Assembly: GCF_902713615.1 (NCBI RefSeq)
Contig: NC_052152.1
Location: 51,497,810-51,561,809 of the forward strand
Origin: Scyliorhinus canicula
Lineage: Eukaryota
Direction of reading: 5' to 3'
DNA: 64,000 nt
Part shown: positions 1 to 13,364 of the stretch, piece after piece
How positions within the stretch are numbered: position 1 is the first letter of the stretch
Layout of the letters: each line of letters begins with the position of its first letter
Notes under the pieces: generated by a model
What the model saw: only the letters and a program-made list of their open reading frames with translations
Databases searched by the model: none
What the model was told of the DNA's origin: nothing
Translations under genes and position numbers: made by a program

Positions 1-1288
1 GAGGGTGCAGTCCGTCAAAATGACGGTGCTTCCGAGGTTCTTGTTCCTCTTTCAGTGCCTGCCCATCTTCATCCCCAGGGCCTTCTTTAGGAGAGTGACT
101 AGCAGTATCTTGAGCTTTGTGTGGGCACATGGGACTCCGAGAGTGAAGAGGGTTTTCCTGGAGCGAGGGAGGGATAGAGGCGGGCTGGCGCTGCCCAACC
201 TTTTGGGATACTATTGGGCGGCCAATGTGTCAATGGTGCGTAAATGGGTGATGGAGGGGGGAGGGGCGGCGTGGAAAGAATGGAGATGGCGTCATGTAGA
301 GGTACGAGCCTGGGTGCCATGGTAACGGCACCATTGCCGCTCTCCCCTAAGAGGTTTACCACGAGCCCAGTGGTGGCGGCGACCCTAAGAATCTGGGGAC
401 AGTGGAGACGGCATAGGGGGGAAACAGGGGGCTCGATGGAGGCTCCATTGGGTGGCAATCATCGGTTCATCCCGGGGAACAAGGATGGGGGATTTAGGGG
501 GTGGCAAAGGGTGGGCATCAGTAAATTGAGGGACCTGTTTATTGGTGGGAGGTTTGCGGGCCTGGGGGAACTGGAAGATAAATTTGGGCTTCCCCAAGGG
601 AACATGTTCAGATACTTGCAGGTAAAGGCATTTGCTAGGCGATAGGTAGAGGGATTCCCTTTGCTGCCCTCGCGGGGGACGATGGACAGAGTGCTTTCGG
701 GGGTGTGGGTCGGAGAGGGGAAGGTGTCTGACATCTATAAGGTAATGCAGGAGGTGGAGGAGTCGTCAATGGAGGAGCTGAAGACTAAATGGGAGGGGGA
801 ACTTGGGGAGCAGATAGAGGACGGGACTTGGGCGGATGCCTTGGAGAGAGTCAACTCTTCCTCTTCATGTGCGAGGCTTAGTCTCATCCAATTTAAGGTG
901 CTGCACCGGGCCCACATGTCCGGGACCAGGATGAGTAGGTTCTTTGGGGGTGAGGACAGGTGCAGCAGATGTTCGGGGAGTCCAGCGAATCATGCCCATA
1001 TGTTCTGGGCATGCCCAGCACTGGAAGAATTCTGGAAGGGGGTGGCGGGGACGGTGTCGAGGGTGGTTGGATCCAGGGTCAAACCAGGGTGGGGACTCGT
1101 GATTTTCGGAGTTGCAGTGGAGCCGGGAGTGCAGGAGGCGAAAGAGGCCGGTGTCCTGGCCTTTGCGTCCCTAGTAGCCCGGCGGAGGATCTTGCTGCAG
1201 TGGAAGGATGTGAGGCCCCCAAGTGTGGAGACCTGGGTCAATGACATGGCGGGATTTATAAAGTTGGAAAGGGTCAAATTTGCCCTGT
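1..1288 (+). mobile_element. L1 ORF2 C-terminal fragment
   Basis: VQSVKMTVLPRFLFLFQCLP, GGLALPNL, and Cys-rich CSRC...HMFWAC; frameshifted; same family as 19256-22403. Confidence 0.9.
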
Positions 1289-1289
1289 G

Positions 1290-1385
1290 GGTGGCGCTCA
1301 TTTGTACAGAAGTCACCGGCAGGCTAGTTCTTTGTGTAATAAAGCCTTCGTTCATATGGTCTCGCTGTGAATTGATGGTATGTCA
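1290..1385 (+). mobile_element. Possible 3' fragment of a related Gypsy LTR
   Basis: aataaagcct...ttcatat...gtgaattgatggtatgtca resembles the 3' end of the element 2 LTR. Confidence 0.35.
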
Positions 1386-2244
1386 GGGTGGCATCCTGCT
1401 TTCCATTGGGGAGTGTGCCCATTTCCGTGGGGAAGGGCCTTAAATTTAACTTTGAGATTGGGGCACCCTGATCCCGGATTCCCAGCATGTTTAGCCTCTA
1501 CCCCTGCATCTGACTGTGTGATCCCCGCCAGAGCTCTGAGTGTCTTTAAATGAGGCAAACGCAAGTGTCTGTGAAGCTAGTGAGTGGCTAGGAGCTTTTC
1601 TTGCCTCATAAAAACATAACATATAGGAGCAGAATTAGGCCATTAGGCCCATCAAGTATTATCCTCCATTAGATCATAACTGATATGTTGCTCATCCCCA
1701 ATCTCCTACCTTCTCCCCATAATCCCTGATGCCCTTGTTAATCAAGGAATCCCCTTTATAACCAAGGACCCCAGATTTGTGCTTGAGGTGCTGTTACATT
1801 CATGGCTATAGACCAAGAGCTGGAAGGTGGCAGTACACAGAATAGTTCCTTCTTAGAGAATAAAAACATAAGAACTAGGAGCAAGAGTGGGCAATTTACC
1901 TTCTCGAGCCTGATCCAACATTCTGCAATTTTGGGAAGATTGCATCTGGTATGTCTGCAAAATCATTCAAGATTCCAGATCTGGAAAAATGAATCCTTTG
2001 TCCAAAACCCACGAAAAGTGGTGGGAGGTATGTTGCATGACCTCTTAAAGTTGCTAGAACCTGTAATATTGCCATGAGAAACTGAACTGAGGCAATCTAT
2101 CATTTTACCACCTAACGGGTAACAACAGGAAGAATAAAGGTAAATTGACTGGCCATTATCTAAACTGTAAAGCTACCATAGTCACAGATGACCATAGACT
2201 GCTTTCCCCTTTGAGGCAGAGAGCTGAGTGGTGGTGATTTAACC

Positions 2245-3376
2245 CAATGTTCTTCAAACTTTTTTTCCGGGGACCCATTTTTACCAACTGACCAACCTTC
2301 AGGACCCAACCCGGCTGCAGGGCCGGCTCAAGGCACCGGCAACTCGGGCAGTCGCCCGGGGCGCCATGTGCTCGGGGGCGCCAGAGACTCGGGTCCCGCT
2401 CATGCGCAGTTGGGCCGGTGCCAACCAGCGCATGCGCGGTGGCCCCTCCGCCGCGGTGGCCGCCGCCCCCTCGGTCCGCTCCCCCCCCCCCCCCCTCGGT
2501 CGCTCCCCCCGCCCGCCCCCCCCCCCCCCCCCCCGCGGGGCCGCCCCCCCCTCGGGTCCTCCGCCCCCCCCCTCTCGGGTCCTCCCCCCGCACCCCCCTC
2601 GGGTCCGCCCGCCCCGCCTCGGCACCGCCCCCCCCTCGGCCCCGCCCCGCCCCCCCTCAGCACCCCCCCCCCCAAGGGCGCCGAAGTTCAGCTTGCCCGG
2701 GGCGCCAGCAACCCTAGGGCCGGCGCTGCCCGGCTGACCTTCGCGACCCATGCCGGCCGACCTGCGCGACCCACGCCGGCCGACCTGCGCGATCCACCAT
2801 TTTCTCTTACCTTGTTTGCTGCTGACAAAATGGAGGAAATGGTTTTATGTCCCTTTGGCTCTCGTACACGCTCCTCCAATGGAACCTGTTGGATGAAGGT
2901 AAAGCCTTCCGGTGTCGGAAAGTATGGAGTCTCCATCTGTCCAAAGTTCTGTATTTTTTTACTGTAAAATTTTTATCAAATGAAACCCTCCTGAACTTGT
3001 AAGAAAAAATGAATAAATTAAATGAAACATATAAAATTAAATGAATAAAATGATTAACCTCACCCCCCCCCCCCCCCCCCCCGAACTTGTAAAACAAAAA
3101 GCTGCGAATATGTTTTTTAAAAGCGGCCACACTGCGCATGCGTACCCGATCATCGGCGCACATGCGCAACCGATGCTCTGGCACGCATGCGCAGTGCAGC
3201 CGCATTTTCGCTGTATTTGCAGCCATTTTGAAGGCTGCTTGCAGCCGGCATTATTAACAGCCGGCTGCTGCAGCTGTTGCGTGCAGATTTGCACGATCGG
3301 GAGCGCCACAATCGACAGCTCCGTGACTCTCCCGACACCCGCCCGTGACCCACGCCCCCGAGTTTGACAGTGCCTT
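2245..3376. mobile_element. Non-autonomous hAT-like DNA transposon inserted in a SINE
   Basis: 8-bp TSD ATTTAACC; degenerate termini sharing TCAAACT at the same offset. Confidence 0.75.
2318..2728 (+). mobile_element. GC-rich hAT-type MITE
   Basis: Termini CAGGGCCGGCTC / CAGCGCCGGCCC; perfect 8-bp TSD CCCGGCTG. Confidence 0.9.
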
Positions 3377-3552
3377 ATTTAACCTGAGGATCACCACACC
3401 TCAGGCAAGGGGCAAGGTTGAGAAGGTGAGGCCTTCATGAATATTCCCGGCTCGTACAGGAATTGAACCCACGCTGTTGGCCTCACTCTGCATCACAAAC
3501 CAGCTGTCCAATCAACTGAGCTAAACCACATACAGTACTACTAAAACATCAG

Positions 3553-3721
3553 GGGCTGATTCTCCACTGGTGGGATGCTCCATTTTGCCGGCAGCCCGGG
3601 GGTTTCTCGTGGCGTGGGGCTGCCCCACAATGGGAAACCCCATTGACCAGCTGGCGTAACGGAGCATCCCGCCGGCGTGCTGAGACAGAAATGCGGCGCG
3701 GCAGGGCAGAGAATCCAGCCC
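3553..3721. mobile_element. PIF/Harbinger-type MITE
   Basis: TIR GGGCTG(G)ATTCTC; 3-bp TSD CAG. Confidence 0.8.
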
Positions 3722-4383
3722 CAGAACTCCTACAGCTGTGCCTTGAAGACTAACCCCTCTCTACAGCTTCTTCCATTGGGGAAGTCATCCCTTCTGGGAA
3801 TTCGGGCCGCCCTGCAACAGTTTCAACATGCTAACCTCTGAAGGAATACACCATTGGACTTTTTACTGTGGATCCTGTACTCGCGTGAAACCAAAGCTCT
3901 TATTTTATCATGGTCTTTGCCCTGTATCGTGTCTCTCAGTTATCCCTTTTATTGTATGAGTTCAAAAGGACAGACATTGTAAACCCCTTTCTGCATTTGT
4001 TTTTGTGTGCGTAAAATAAACCAACCCTCTCATTTTACCTGATCTCATGTTTGCTGAGGGGTTATTAATGGACGATTGGATCACTCAAAACTGAAAGGTT
4101 TTGTAAAATACAACACTATTTTCTGTTTCGGATGAGTAGCAAGAGAAGAAAACAGGGCTGTTTAAATTAATCCCCCTTCTGTTTGTAACGCTCTCCTAAA
4201 CGTCTATCTAATCACCCATCAAGACAAAATCTAGTGTCTGCAATGTCCAGCTTCTGATTTCCAAGACAATTAAATGTGAACTTCAACTGTGCCTAAAGCC
4301 GAGTTTATCCTAATTGGAAGTACTGGGAAATAAAATGTGTCCGGGAGACTACAGAGAGGTGAGAATATAACACAAATTGGGGA

Positions 4384-4648
4384 GGGGCAGCACGGTCGCA
4401 TAATGGTTAGTGTAATTGCTTCACAGCTCCAGGATCCCAAGTTCGATTCCCGGCTTGGGTCACTGACTGTGCGGAGTCTGCACATCCTCCCCGTGTGTGC
4501 GTGGGTTTCCTCCGGGTGTTCTGGTTTCATCCCAGAGTCCAAAGACATGCAGGTTAGGTAGATTGGCTATGCTAAATTGCCCTTAGTGTCCAAAATTGCC
4601 GTCAGTGTTGGGTGTGGTTACTGGGTTGTGGGGATAGGGTGGAGGTGC
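4384..4648 (+). mobile_element. HE1/V-SINE-like SINE
   Basis: tRNA-like head with B box (gttcgattccc) and V-domain core gggtttcctccggg; 3' truncated. Confidence 0.85.
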
Positions 4649-5733
4649 TTTGTTTTCCTTGCAGTAAAAATATCAAAAGTCAACGATACTCATTCCTTTG
4701 TCTCTGGAAAAGTCACGTTTCTTGGGGTAATCACTTAGTCCAACTACTGGCCTACTTCACACATCAGCCTCCACTATATTTGTACTTATCTCGAGGGCAG
4801 CCTAATGCCTTGTGGGAGCCAATATTCTCGGGCTATTTGAAATATTCAAGAATGAAGTCCTCCTGACCCCAGATGCTCTGTTTTCATAACCACTCTGCTG
4901 GTTTTCATATCTGTTAATTTATATGAATGGCGGGGCTTCATTACTTTAATATTTCAGATCACAGACCACCGTTTTAGTGTACCAGTGGCACTATGGTCAC
5001 TGCAGCTTAAATGCCAAATTAATTTTTCTGCTTAAAATGGTGAAGGTTTTAAATATTTTTCCACTAAATATTTCAGAAGTCTCCTATCAGTAAATTTTAA
5101 TTCATAACTAGTATTGTAATTTAGATGAGGGTCAGTGATTACTAATCTATATCAAAAGAGGTCCTCAAACTAAATGATTTTGAGATGTGCTTGGACAATA
5201 GTTTGCAATCTGGGGTCTAGAGACTTGTCCGTCTACAGAGACTTCAGGATATCTGTAAATATTCTTGGAGACAAAGTACAAAAAAATTAAGGAGAGAAGG
5301 CCATCCTATTTGATTAAACGAACAGTAGTGAGTATTGGCCAATTTTAGAACTTTGTTCACTGACAGAACTGCCAATCAAAATGAAATAGCCTCCAGAAAT
5401 CTGCCTTCACCATCCCCACAAATCCGAGATACTCTAGGCCGGTAAACATAGCCCTCTGATTTAGAAACTGGATGCAGAGCTGGTATTAGATGGGATTTTA
5501 GGAAGTTTTTTGTGAATCATTTTTTGATATGTAAATATCTATATACCCTGGGAGAGGAAAGGTCATGAGAGTTGGCAGCAGGTGGCAGTTAGCAGACAAT
5601 CCCTGGCTCATGTCTATGACCTCAATCATATAAAGTTCAGTGCAGATCAAGAAACCCTCCCCCCTGACCCCCACTCCCAGACGACATGCAGCCCGCACAG
5701 ATTAACAAGTCATGCATGTGGGCCCTGGACCTG

Positions 5734-6033
5734 GGAACATAGAACATACAGTGCAGAAGGAGGCCATTCGGTCTATCGAGTCTGCACCGACCCACTTAAG
5801 CCCTCACTTCCTAATCCCCTCCTAACCTTTTTGGACACTCAGGGCAATTTAGCATGGCCAATCCACCGAACCTGCACGTCTTTGGACTGTGGGAGGAAAC
5901 CGGAGCACCCGGAGGAAATCCACGCAGAACGGGGAAAACGTGCAGACTTCGCACAGTGACCAACGGGGCATCGAACCTAGGATCCTGGCGCTATGAAGCC
6001 ACAGTGCAAGCCACTTGTGCTACGGTGCTGCCC
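5734..6033 (-). mobile_element. HE1/V-SINE-like SINE
   Basis: Head, core and CR1-like ttctatg tail. Confidence 0.85.
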
Positions 6034-6864
6034 ATTGTTTGCAGAGGGATGAAAAGGTCCTCAAGAGGTGATTAATTGGCCACATTAAGGGACTCAAGTG
6101 GAGGTGGGGCGGGAAGGTGAACCAGAATGAATTTCTGGAGAAGGCAGGAAGGCGTTGGATATCAGTCCGATGCCAACCTACCAAATTTTGAGGCCCTCCT
6201 ACCTCCTTCCTTACATCCTGTTGGAGCAGGTGATTCTGTCCATAGTTACTGGGAAAAACACAGCTGGATTATGAACCTCACTAATCGCTTTTCATTGTGG
6301 CAAGCGACTAGTGAGGTTCATAATCCAGCTGGCAATCTATATTGGCTTAAGTTTGAAAAACCAGCAACTGAATAATAACAATATTTCCAAATCTCATGAC
6401 TTTTAATAAAGTTTGTCTCCTGATGAGATGGTGATATTGCCATTACTGTTAATGGTCTCTAAAAACTGCAACTCAGGATCTGGAAAACTGAACGGTGTAA
6501 ACGCTGAGAATTTGTACCTGAATGTGGAGCTGGTCCCCAATTACATATTTAAGCAGCCTGACATCCACACATCAATGGATTGAATAAGCTTCCTCGTCCC
6601 CAATTACTGATTTTCCAATGCTAATTCAGGTGCAAAACAGACAAACAAGATTGAATTTCTCCCCCAGTCACTCAGTGAAGTTTCTCCAAAGACAAATGTA
6701 TTCTTCAATTAATCATTGATCTATCACAAGAAACATTACAATTTTTAAATGGATACAGCATGTGCAGGTTATTGTGTGGAAAAACTTTGCAATCCAAAGT
6801 GAGCATTCAAAAAAATTATCCAGCGAAGTTATTTTAGGGCTTCAGTGGTAAGACAGCTTTTGGC

Positions 6865-6914
6865 TTATAAATCCAGACGATTTCCATCATCCAGACGAAT
6901 CAAGGTTGACCCAT
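6865..6914 (-). CDS. Candidate last coding exon (DGSTLIRLDDGNRLDL-stop)
   Basis: Strong acceptor ctttctatttgctttattttcag; phase 1 matches the IgC donor; minus-strand ATTAAA near 6402-6407. No transcript evidence. Confidence 0.4.
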
Positions 6915-7239
6915 CTGAAAATAAAGCAAATAGAAAGATGTGGCATTATTTCTTCAGCTAGTGCTGAGGTAGAGATGTGTAAACCAGTCCAATCACATGA
7001 GAGGTTTACAATTTCAAAGATAACTGTTCAAAATATCGTTAAATGATTTCAAATACTGAAAATACTGGTGTCTATGTAACAATGGACTATTTCATCTTCA
7101 GTTCAAATAGTGTCCATTTTTCCTTCACTGCAGTTTTAACTGGAACAATACGCTTCATCAAAATGTGATTTTATTCACAGGAATATTAAAACAGGACTAT
7201 CAATCCTTGACAACCAATATTAATGATATTTTATAAATA

Positions 7240-7443
7240 TAGAGTACCCAATTTTTTTTCCAATTAAGGGCAATTTAGCGTGGCCAATTGACCTATCTTG
7301 CACATCTTTATGTTGTGGGGGGTGACACAGACATGGGGAGAATGTGCAAACTCCACACAAACAGTGACCCGGGGCAGGGATCGAACCCGAGTCCTCGACG
7401 GTGTGAGACAGCAGTGCTAACCACTGTGCCAACATGCTGCCCG
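7240..7443 (-). mobile_element. V-SINE variant with aattgggtactct tail
   Basis: Same head and core, different tail. Confidence 0.8.
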
Positions 7444-8375
7444 CCAATAACAATCTTTAAATAAAAGAAAAAAAAACTGCAGATGCTGGAGATCTGAATT
7501 GAGAAGAGAAAATGCTGGAAAGGATCAGCATGACTAGCAGCACCTGTGGAGGGAAATAGATTTAACATTTCTAGTCTGCATGACTCTTAGAGCTGAAGAG
7601 GGGCAGAAAAGAACAAAGAACAATACAGGGCAGTAACAGACCCTTCAGCCCTCCAAGCCTGTACTGTCATGATGCCAGCCTTAACCAAAACCCTCAGCAC
7701 GTCCTTGTGCCATATCCCTCTATACCCATCCTATCCATGCATTTGTCAAGATGCCTTTTGAATGCTGTTAATGTATCTGCTTCCACAACCTCCCCAGGCA
7801 ACGCGTTCCAGGCGCTCACCACCCTCTGCGTAAAAAACCTACCTCACACATCTCCTCTAAACTTTGCCCCATGGATCTTAAACCTATGCCCCCTGGTGAT
7901 TATCAATCCTGAGAGAGTGCCTGCCCATCCACTCTATCCATGCCCCTCATAATCCTGAAGGCCTCTATCAAGTCACCCCTCATCCTCAGTCTTTCTAATG
8001 TGATGGATTACGTACTTGGAGAGGGGATGGAGAGTGTGGAGCAAAATAAAATGTCTGGGATAGACGGGAGTTCAGGATAGATTGACAAAGATGTCATGGA
8101 CACAGGGCAAAGGGTGTGTTAATGGTAGTGTTTAAGACTAAAGAAGGTGCTGATGGTGACATAAAGGTAAGAATGTGTTAATAGAAGAAAAGGGTCTGTG
8201 CTCTTTCAAAGCTTCTTATGGCAAATATAAAAGTCCAACGGTTAGATACTTCAGCAGAACAGATTGTAATATTTATGGAAGATTAGATTTTTAAAAGTGA
8301 AAACACTTTGATTTGCCCACAAGGTTCTAAGTATGCTGTGCTGAATAGGAGAGGTTGATACATATATTGGATTTT

Positions 8376-8972
8376 ATATCTGTTGCAGTGTGTTTTTAGG
8401 GACCTGGGTTTAGGTGTATATATCTGTTGCAGTGTGTTTTTAGGGACCTGGGTTTGGGTGTATATATCTGTTGCAGTGTGTTTTTAGGAACCTGGGTTTG
8501 GGTGTATGTATCTGTTGCAGTGTGTTTTTAGGGACCTGGGTTTGGGTGTATATATCTGTTGCAGTGTGTTTTTAGGAACCTGGGTTTGGGTGTATGTATC
8601 TGTTGCAGTGTGTTTTTAGGGACCTGGGTTTGGGTGTATCTGTTGCAGTGTGTTTTTAGGGACCTGGGTTTGGGTGTATATATCTGTTGCAGTGTGTTTT
8701 TAGGAACCTGGGTTTGGGTGTATGTATCTGTTGCAGTGTGTTTTTAGGGACCTGGGTTTGGGTGTATATATCTGTTGCAGTGTGTTTTTAGGGACCTGGG
8801 TTTGGGTGTATATATCTGTTGCAGTGTGTTTTTAGGGACCTGGGTTTGGGTGTATATATCTGTTGCAGTGTGTTTTTAGGGACCTGGGTTTGGGTGCATA
8901 TATTTGTTGCAGTGTGCTTTTAGGGACCTGCGTTTTGGTGTATATATCTGTTGCAGTGTGTTTTTAGGGAAT
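8376..8972. repeat. 44-bp minisatellite, about 13 copies
   Basis: gacctgggtttgggtgtatatatctgttgcagtgtgtttttagg at 8401, 8445, 8489, 8533 and onward; one 40-bp unit. Confidence 0.95.
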
Positions 8973-9129
8973 CTGGTTTAAAATGTCCAGAATCTGTGGC
9001 TGTGGGGGGTGCAGTTGGAATGTTTTGGGGGGTGGGATCCTCATTCATTCCAACCATGTGTGTGTTTGCCTATGTATGGCCTGGTGGAGTTAGGTTTCGA
9101 ATGCTGGAGAGTGGATGATTTGGGACGTT

Positions 9130-9267
9130 GGCCAGGATTCTCCACTGCGATACTACCCTACTACCGTCACTAGTGATGACGGAGAATTTGGCGCTCAGCT
9201 AAATCTCTCATTCGTTGCAGTGGGACGGGAAAATCCCACTGCCGTGAACGGACAGAGAATCCAGCCC
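9130..9267. mobile_element. PIF/Harbinger-type MITE
   Basis: GGCCAGGATTCTC...GAGAATCCAGCCC; TSD GTT. Confidence 0.7.
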
Positions 9268-9882
9268 GTTGTGTCTGGACTTGGGTGGGTGGGTTAGGCG
9301 ATCTGAGTGGGATGGGGATGGGTGCTCCAGTTTCCTCTCAGTCCAACAATGTACAGGTTAGGTGGATTTGTCCTGCTAAATTGCCCCTTAGTGTCCACAG
9401 ATGTACAGGTTAGGTGGGTTATGGGGATATAGGGATAGGGTGAGGGTGTGGATGCTTTTTCAGAGAGTCTGTGGAGAGTCGATGGGCCGAATAGCCTCCT
9501 TCTGCACTGTAGGAATTCTATGTGTTCCTCACTGAAACAAATATGTATCTAGATTGGATTTTGTGTATGTTTCTCACTCAGGCTTCCAACCCGAGGAAAC
9601 TGGCAGATTAAGAAAGGTCACATTCAAAGAAAAGATTCTTCACATTTAGCGACTAATAGCTTTACAAAATTAGAATGTAGGTGAAATTCCTCAATGCATC
9701 ATTCCCAGACTAATACATCTGCTTAATGCATTTAAATTAATAACATTATTTTTTACTTTTATTGATATTTAAACACAAGCGTAATCCAATATTTGATGCC
9801 AAGAATTCTAACATAGCAATTAATTCCTAATATGTGGTAACAATTTTACCCAATTTATCTCTAAAAGTATCGGTGTTTCTTT

Positions 9883-10209
9883 TCATAGAATTTACAGTGC
9901 AGAAGGAGGCAATTTGGCCCATTGACTCTGCACCGGCCCTCTGAAAGAGCACCCTAATCAGGCTCCCACCCGATCCCTGCATCCCCATAACCACATTTAA
10001 CCCACATATTCCTGGACACTAAGGGGCAATTTTGGATGGCCAATTCACCTAACCTGCACATCCTTAGACTGTGGGAGGAAACTGCAGCACCTGGAGGAAA
10101 CCCACGCACACACAGGGAGAATGTGCAAACTCCACACAGTGACTCAAGGCCAGAATTGAACTCAGTTCCCAGGCACTATGAGGCAGCAGTGCTAACCACT
10201 GTGCCACCC
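9883..10209 (-). mobile_element. HE1/V-SINE-like SINE about 40 bp from the IgC donor
   Basis: Full head, core and tail. Confidence 0.85.
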
Positions 10210-10248
10210 TATCTTTAACGTGAGCAGAAATCTCACAAATAAACTCAC

Positions 10249-10536
10249 CTGTAAATGCTGCTCGAGTACGCTCAGGTGCTGCCATCCACTTATGCTTCAC
10301 GGAGCAGATGTACTGATTGCTCGAGTCATGCTGTTGTTTCAGGTCATACTGAACATGGAAAAATCCATTCTCATCTCTGGTCATGGTTGTTTCAGAAACG
10401 CCATTCAAATCATTACCATTTTTATCATTCCAGCTAACTGTGGGTTTTGGGTACCAGCCTGAAGTTTGGCAAGATAGAAAATCACGGCCACTTCCATCCT
10501 GTTTCCATAAGATATGCATATCTTCAGCATTTATTG
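10249..10536 (-). CDS. IgC-domain exon of B7/butyrophilin-like gene
   Basis: tatttttttcttag|CA ATA...ACA G|gtgagt; 288 nt, phase 1-1, in frame with IgV. LSCQTSGWYPKPTVSW and YICSVKH are typical BTN/B7 IgC motifs. Confidence 0.9.
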
Positions 10537-11056
10537 CTAAGAAAAAAATATGAATTATGGTTATTGACCTTCAACATCCCATTAAATAAAGAAGTACATC
10601 GATATGAACGTTCCTGTGACCCATTACAGAACATTACAATTTTCACAACTATGATGAACATGTATTTAAGAGATTCTGTATTCTGTGGCCAGAAATACAA
10701 AAGACCAATTGCAAAAAACCTAAAAAAATATGGAGCTATAAGGAATGAGTTGAATGTTTTATGATGGAATTCTTAGGGGCCCAGGGTTAAATAAAGTATC
10801 ATAGAAAATTACAGAACAGAAGGAGGCCGCTCAGCTAATTACCCTTGTGGGGGATGTTTGGAAGAATCATCATGCTCAGTCCCATATAATCCTGTAGGTT
10901 CACCATCCTCAATAACCTGTCCAACTCCCTTTGAACATGACTTATGGAATCAACAACCACCAGTATTCTAGATCGCAGTAACCGAGTGAAAATAAAATCA
11001 ACAGCTCACCTTCACATACATTGCCAATGATTTTAAATCTATGATTTCAGGTTTGT

Positions 11057-11378
11057 GGGCAGCACGGTAGCACAAGTGGCTAGCACTGTGGTTTCACAGC
11101 GCCAGGATCCCAGGTTTGATTCCCCAGTGGGTCACTGTCTGTGCGGAGTCTGCACGTTCTCCCCGTGTCTGCGTGGGTTTCCTCTGGGTGCTCCACTTAC
11201 CTCCCACAGTCCAAAGACGTGCAGGTTAGGTGGATTGGACATGCTAAATTGTCCTTAGTGTCCAAAAAAGGTTGAGGGGTTATTGGGTTAAGGGGATAGG
11301 GTGGAAGTGAGGGCTTAAGTGGGTCGGTGCAGACTCGTTGGGCTGAATGGCCTCCTTCTGCACTGTATGTTCTATGTT
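11057..11378 (+). mobile_element. HE1/V-SINE-like SINE
   Basis: Full head, core and ttctatg tail. Confidence 0.85.
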
Positions 11379-11384
11379 ATTGAC

Positions 11385-11950
11385 ACCCTCTCTGAAGGGG
11401 CCAGTTTCTCTGACTACCCTATCAAAACCACTGATCATCGTGAAAACCTCGATTAAGTCAGCTCTTTACCTTCCCTGTTCCAAAAAGAATAGCGCAAACT
11501 TTTCCAATCTCTCCTATAATTAAAATCCCTCATCCCTGGTAATATCTGATAAACCTCCACTGTACTCTCTATCCCTTGTAAGGTGTTTACATCGTTCATT
11601 AAGTGCTAAGTCCAGAATTGACCACAATATTCCAGTGAGACCTTATCAGCAATTGATAATTTTCCAACATCATCTGCCTGCTTTTATATTATATTCCTCT
11701 ATTTAAAACCCAAGAAACTGTATGCTTTTTGTAACCACCTTATCGACTTACTGTGCTACCTTTAATGACTTGTTTTTATGGTCACTAAGTTCTCTCTGCT
11801 CATCTGCACTTTTCAAATTCATGTCATTTATAGTATGTGGTTTTTCTACATTGGTCCCCCACAACTTGCACCACTTTATCACAGTGAAGTTTATCTGCCA
11901 TGTTTCTGCCTATTTTACCAACCTTTCTCATGCATCCTGATACCTGATCT
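11385..11950 (-). mobile_element. CR1 3' fragment
   Basis: Reverse complement resembles the CR1 RT C-terminus and 3' UTR seen elsewhere in the window. Confidence 0.6.
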
Positions 11951-12066
11951 ACTGACAAATTTCAAGCGATATTTAAACTTGATAATGCTGTTCCCTACCC
12001 CCAATTTTAAGCGATTTGTAAAAATTAGAATTGGAATGGACTGCGACTTATTGGGTCAGAGTCATG

Positions 12067-12777
12067 GGGCGGGATTCTCCGAGAATCGGCGGGGGGGGGG
12101 GGGGCAGAAACGGTGCAATGGAGTGACAGGAACCACTCCGGCGTTGGGCCACCCCAAAGGTGCGGAGGATTCAGGGGCTAGGCCGGCGCCGGAGTGGTTT
12201 GCGACCCGCCGGCAGGCGTGGAAGACCTTTGGCGCCGCGCCAGCTGGGGCCGAAAGGACTCCGCCGGCCGGCGCGGGTCCGCACATGCGCAGGGATGACG
12301 TCAGCAGCTGCTGGCGCTCCCGCGCATGCGCGGGGAGTGGTTCACCTCCGCGTCGGCCATCGTGGAGGCTTACACGGCGGCGCGTATGAATAGACTGCCC
12401 CCACGGCACAGGCCCGCCCACAGATCGGTGGGCCCCGATCGCGGGCCAGGCCACCGTGGGGGCACCCCCCGGGGCCAGATCGCCCCGCGCCCCCCACCCC
12501 AAGGACCCCGGAGCCCATCCCTGCTGCGAGGTCCCGCCGGTAAGGGACTTGCTCCAATCTACGCGGGACCTGCATAGAACGGGTGGGACTTCAGCCCATC
12601 GCAGGCCGGAGAATCGCCAGTGGGGAGCCCGCTGACCGGCGAGATTCCCGCCCCCGCCAAATCTCTGGCGGCGGAGAATTCGACAGGCGGCGGCGGGGGC
12701 GGGATTCACGCTGCCCCCCCCCCCCCTCTCTCCCCAGTGATTCACCGATCCGGTGGGGGGGTCTGAGAATCCCGCCC
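12067..12777. mobile_element. GC-rich PIF/Harbinger-type MITE
   Basis: Perfect 13-bp TIR GGGCGGGATTCTC; TSD not clean. Confidence 0.8.
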
Positions 12778-12779
12778 AC

Positions 12780-13355
12780 AGAGTACAGAAGAGACCCATC
12801 GGCCCATCGAGACTGCACTGACAAAACTACACTAAATCTACACTGATCCCATTTTCCAGCACTTGACCCTGGCCTTGAATGTTATCACATTTAAGTGCTA
12901 CTTCACGTACTTTTAAAAGGTTGTGAGTTTTCCCATTTCTACTACCCTCACAGGCAGTGCACTCCTGGCTCCCACCACCCTCTGGGTGAAAATCTATTTT
13001 TCTCAAATCCTTTCTAAACCTCCTGCCCTCACATTAAAATTATTGACCTTCTTATTGACCCTTCAAATCAGGGGAACACCTGCGTCCTGACAATCTGTCA
13101 ATACAGCTCATAATCTTATGCACCTCAATCAGGTCCTCTCTCAGCCTTCTCTGCTCTAAAGAAAACAAGTGGAGTCTAACTCGCCTCTCTTCAGAGCTCA
13201 AATAGCCCATCCCAGGCAACATGCTGGTTAACTCCTCTGCATCCTCCATAATCACATCCTTCCTATAAAGAGTCGAACAGAACTGAACACAGTACTCCAG
13301 CCGTGCCTATCCAAAGCTCCAATATAACCTCCATGCTTTAAAAATATATGCCATG
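12780..13355 (-). mobile_element. CR1 3' fragment
   Basis: RLHLFSLEQRRLREDLIEVHKI motif plus tail. Confidence 0.75.
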
Positions 13356-13364
13356 ACTCATAAA

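Noticed and set aside
2156-2967. Overlapping Pro/Gly-rich ORFs, also at 12062-12846, 26819-27658 and 54290-55073
   Set aside because: They coincide with GC-rich MITEs bounded by TIRs and TSDs.
4384-4460. tRNA genes at SINE heads
   Set aside because: Each tRNA-like head runs into V-SINE core sequence; none forms a standalone tRNA.
8376-8972. Regular 44-bp array as CRISPR
   Set aside because: Head-to-tail identical units with no spacers.
9574-9599. Alternative last exon VSSGWKPE-stop
   Set aside because: Weaker polypyrimidine tract than the 6914 acceptor; it would not add a TM segment either.
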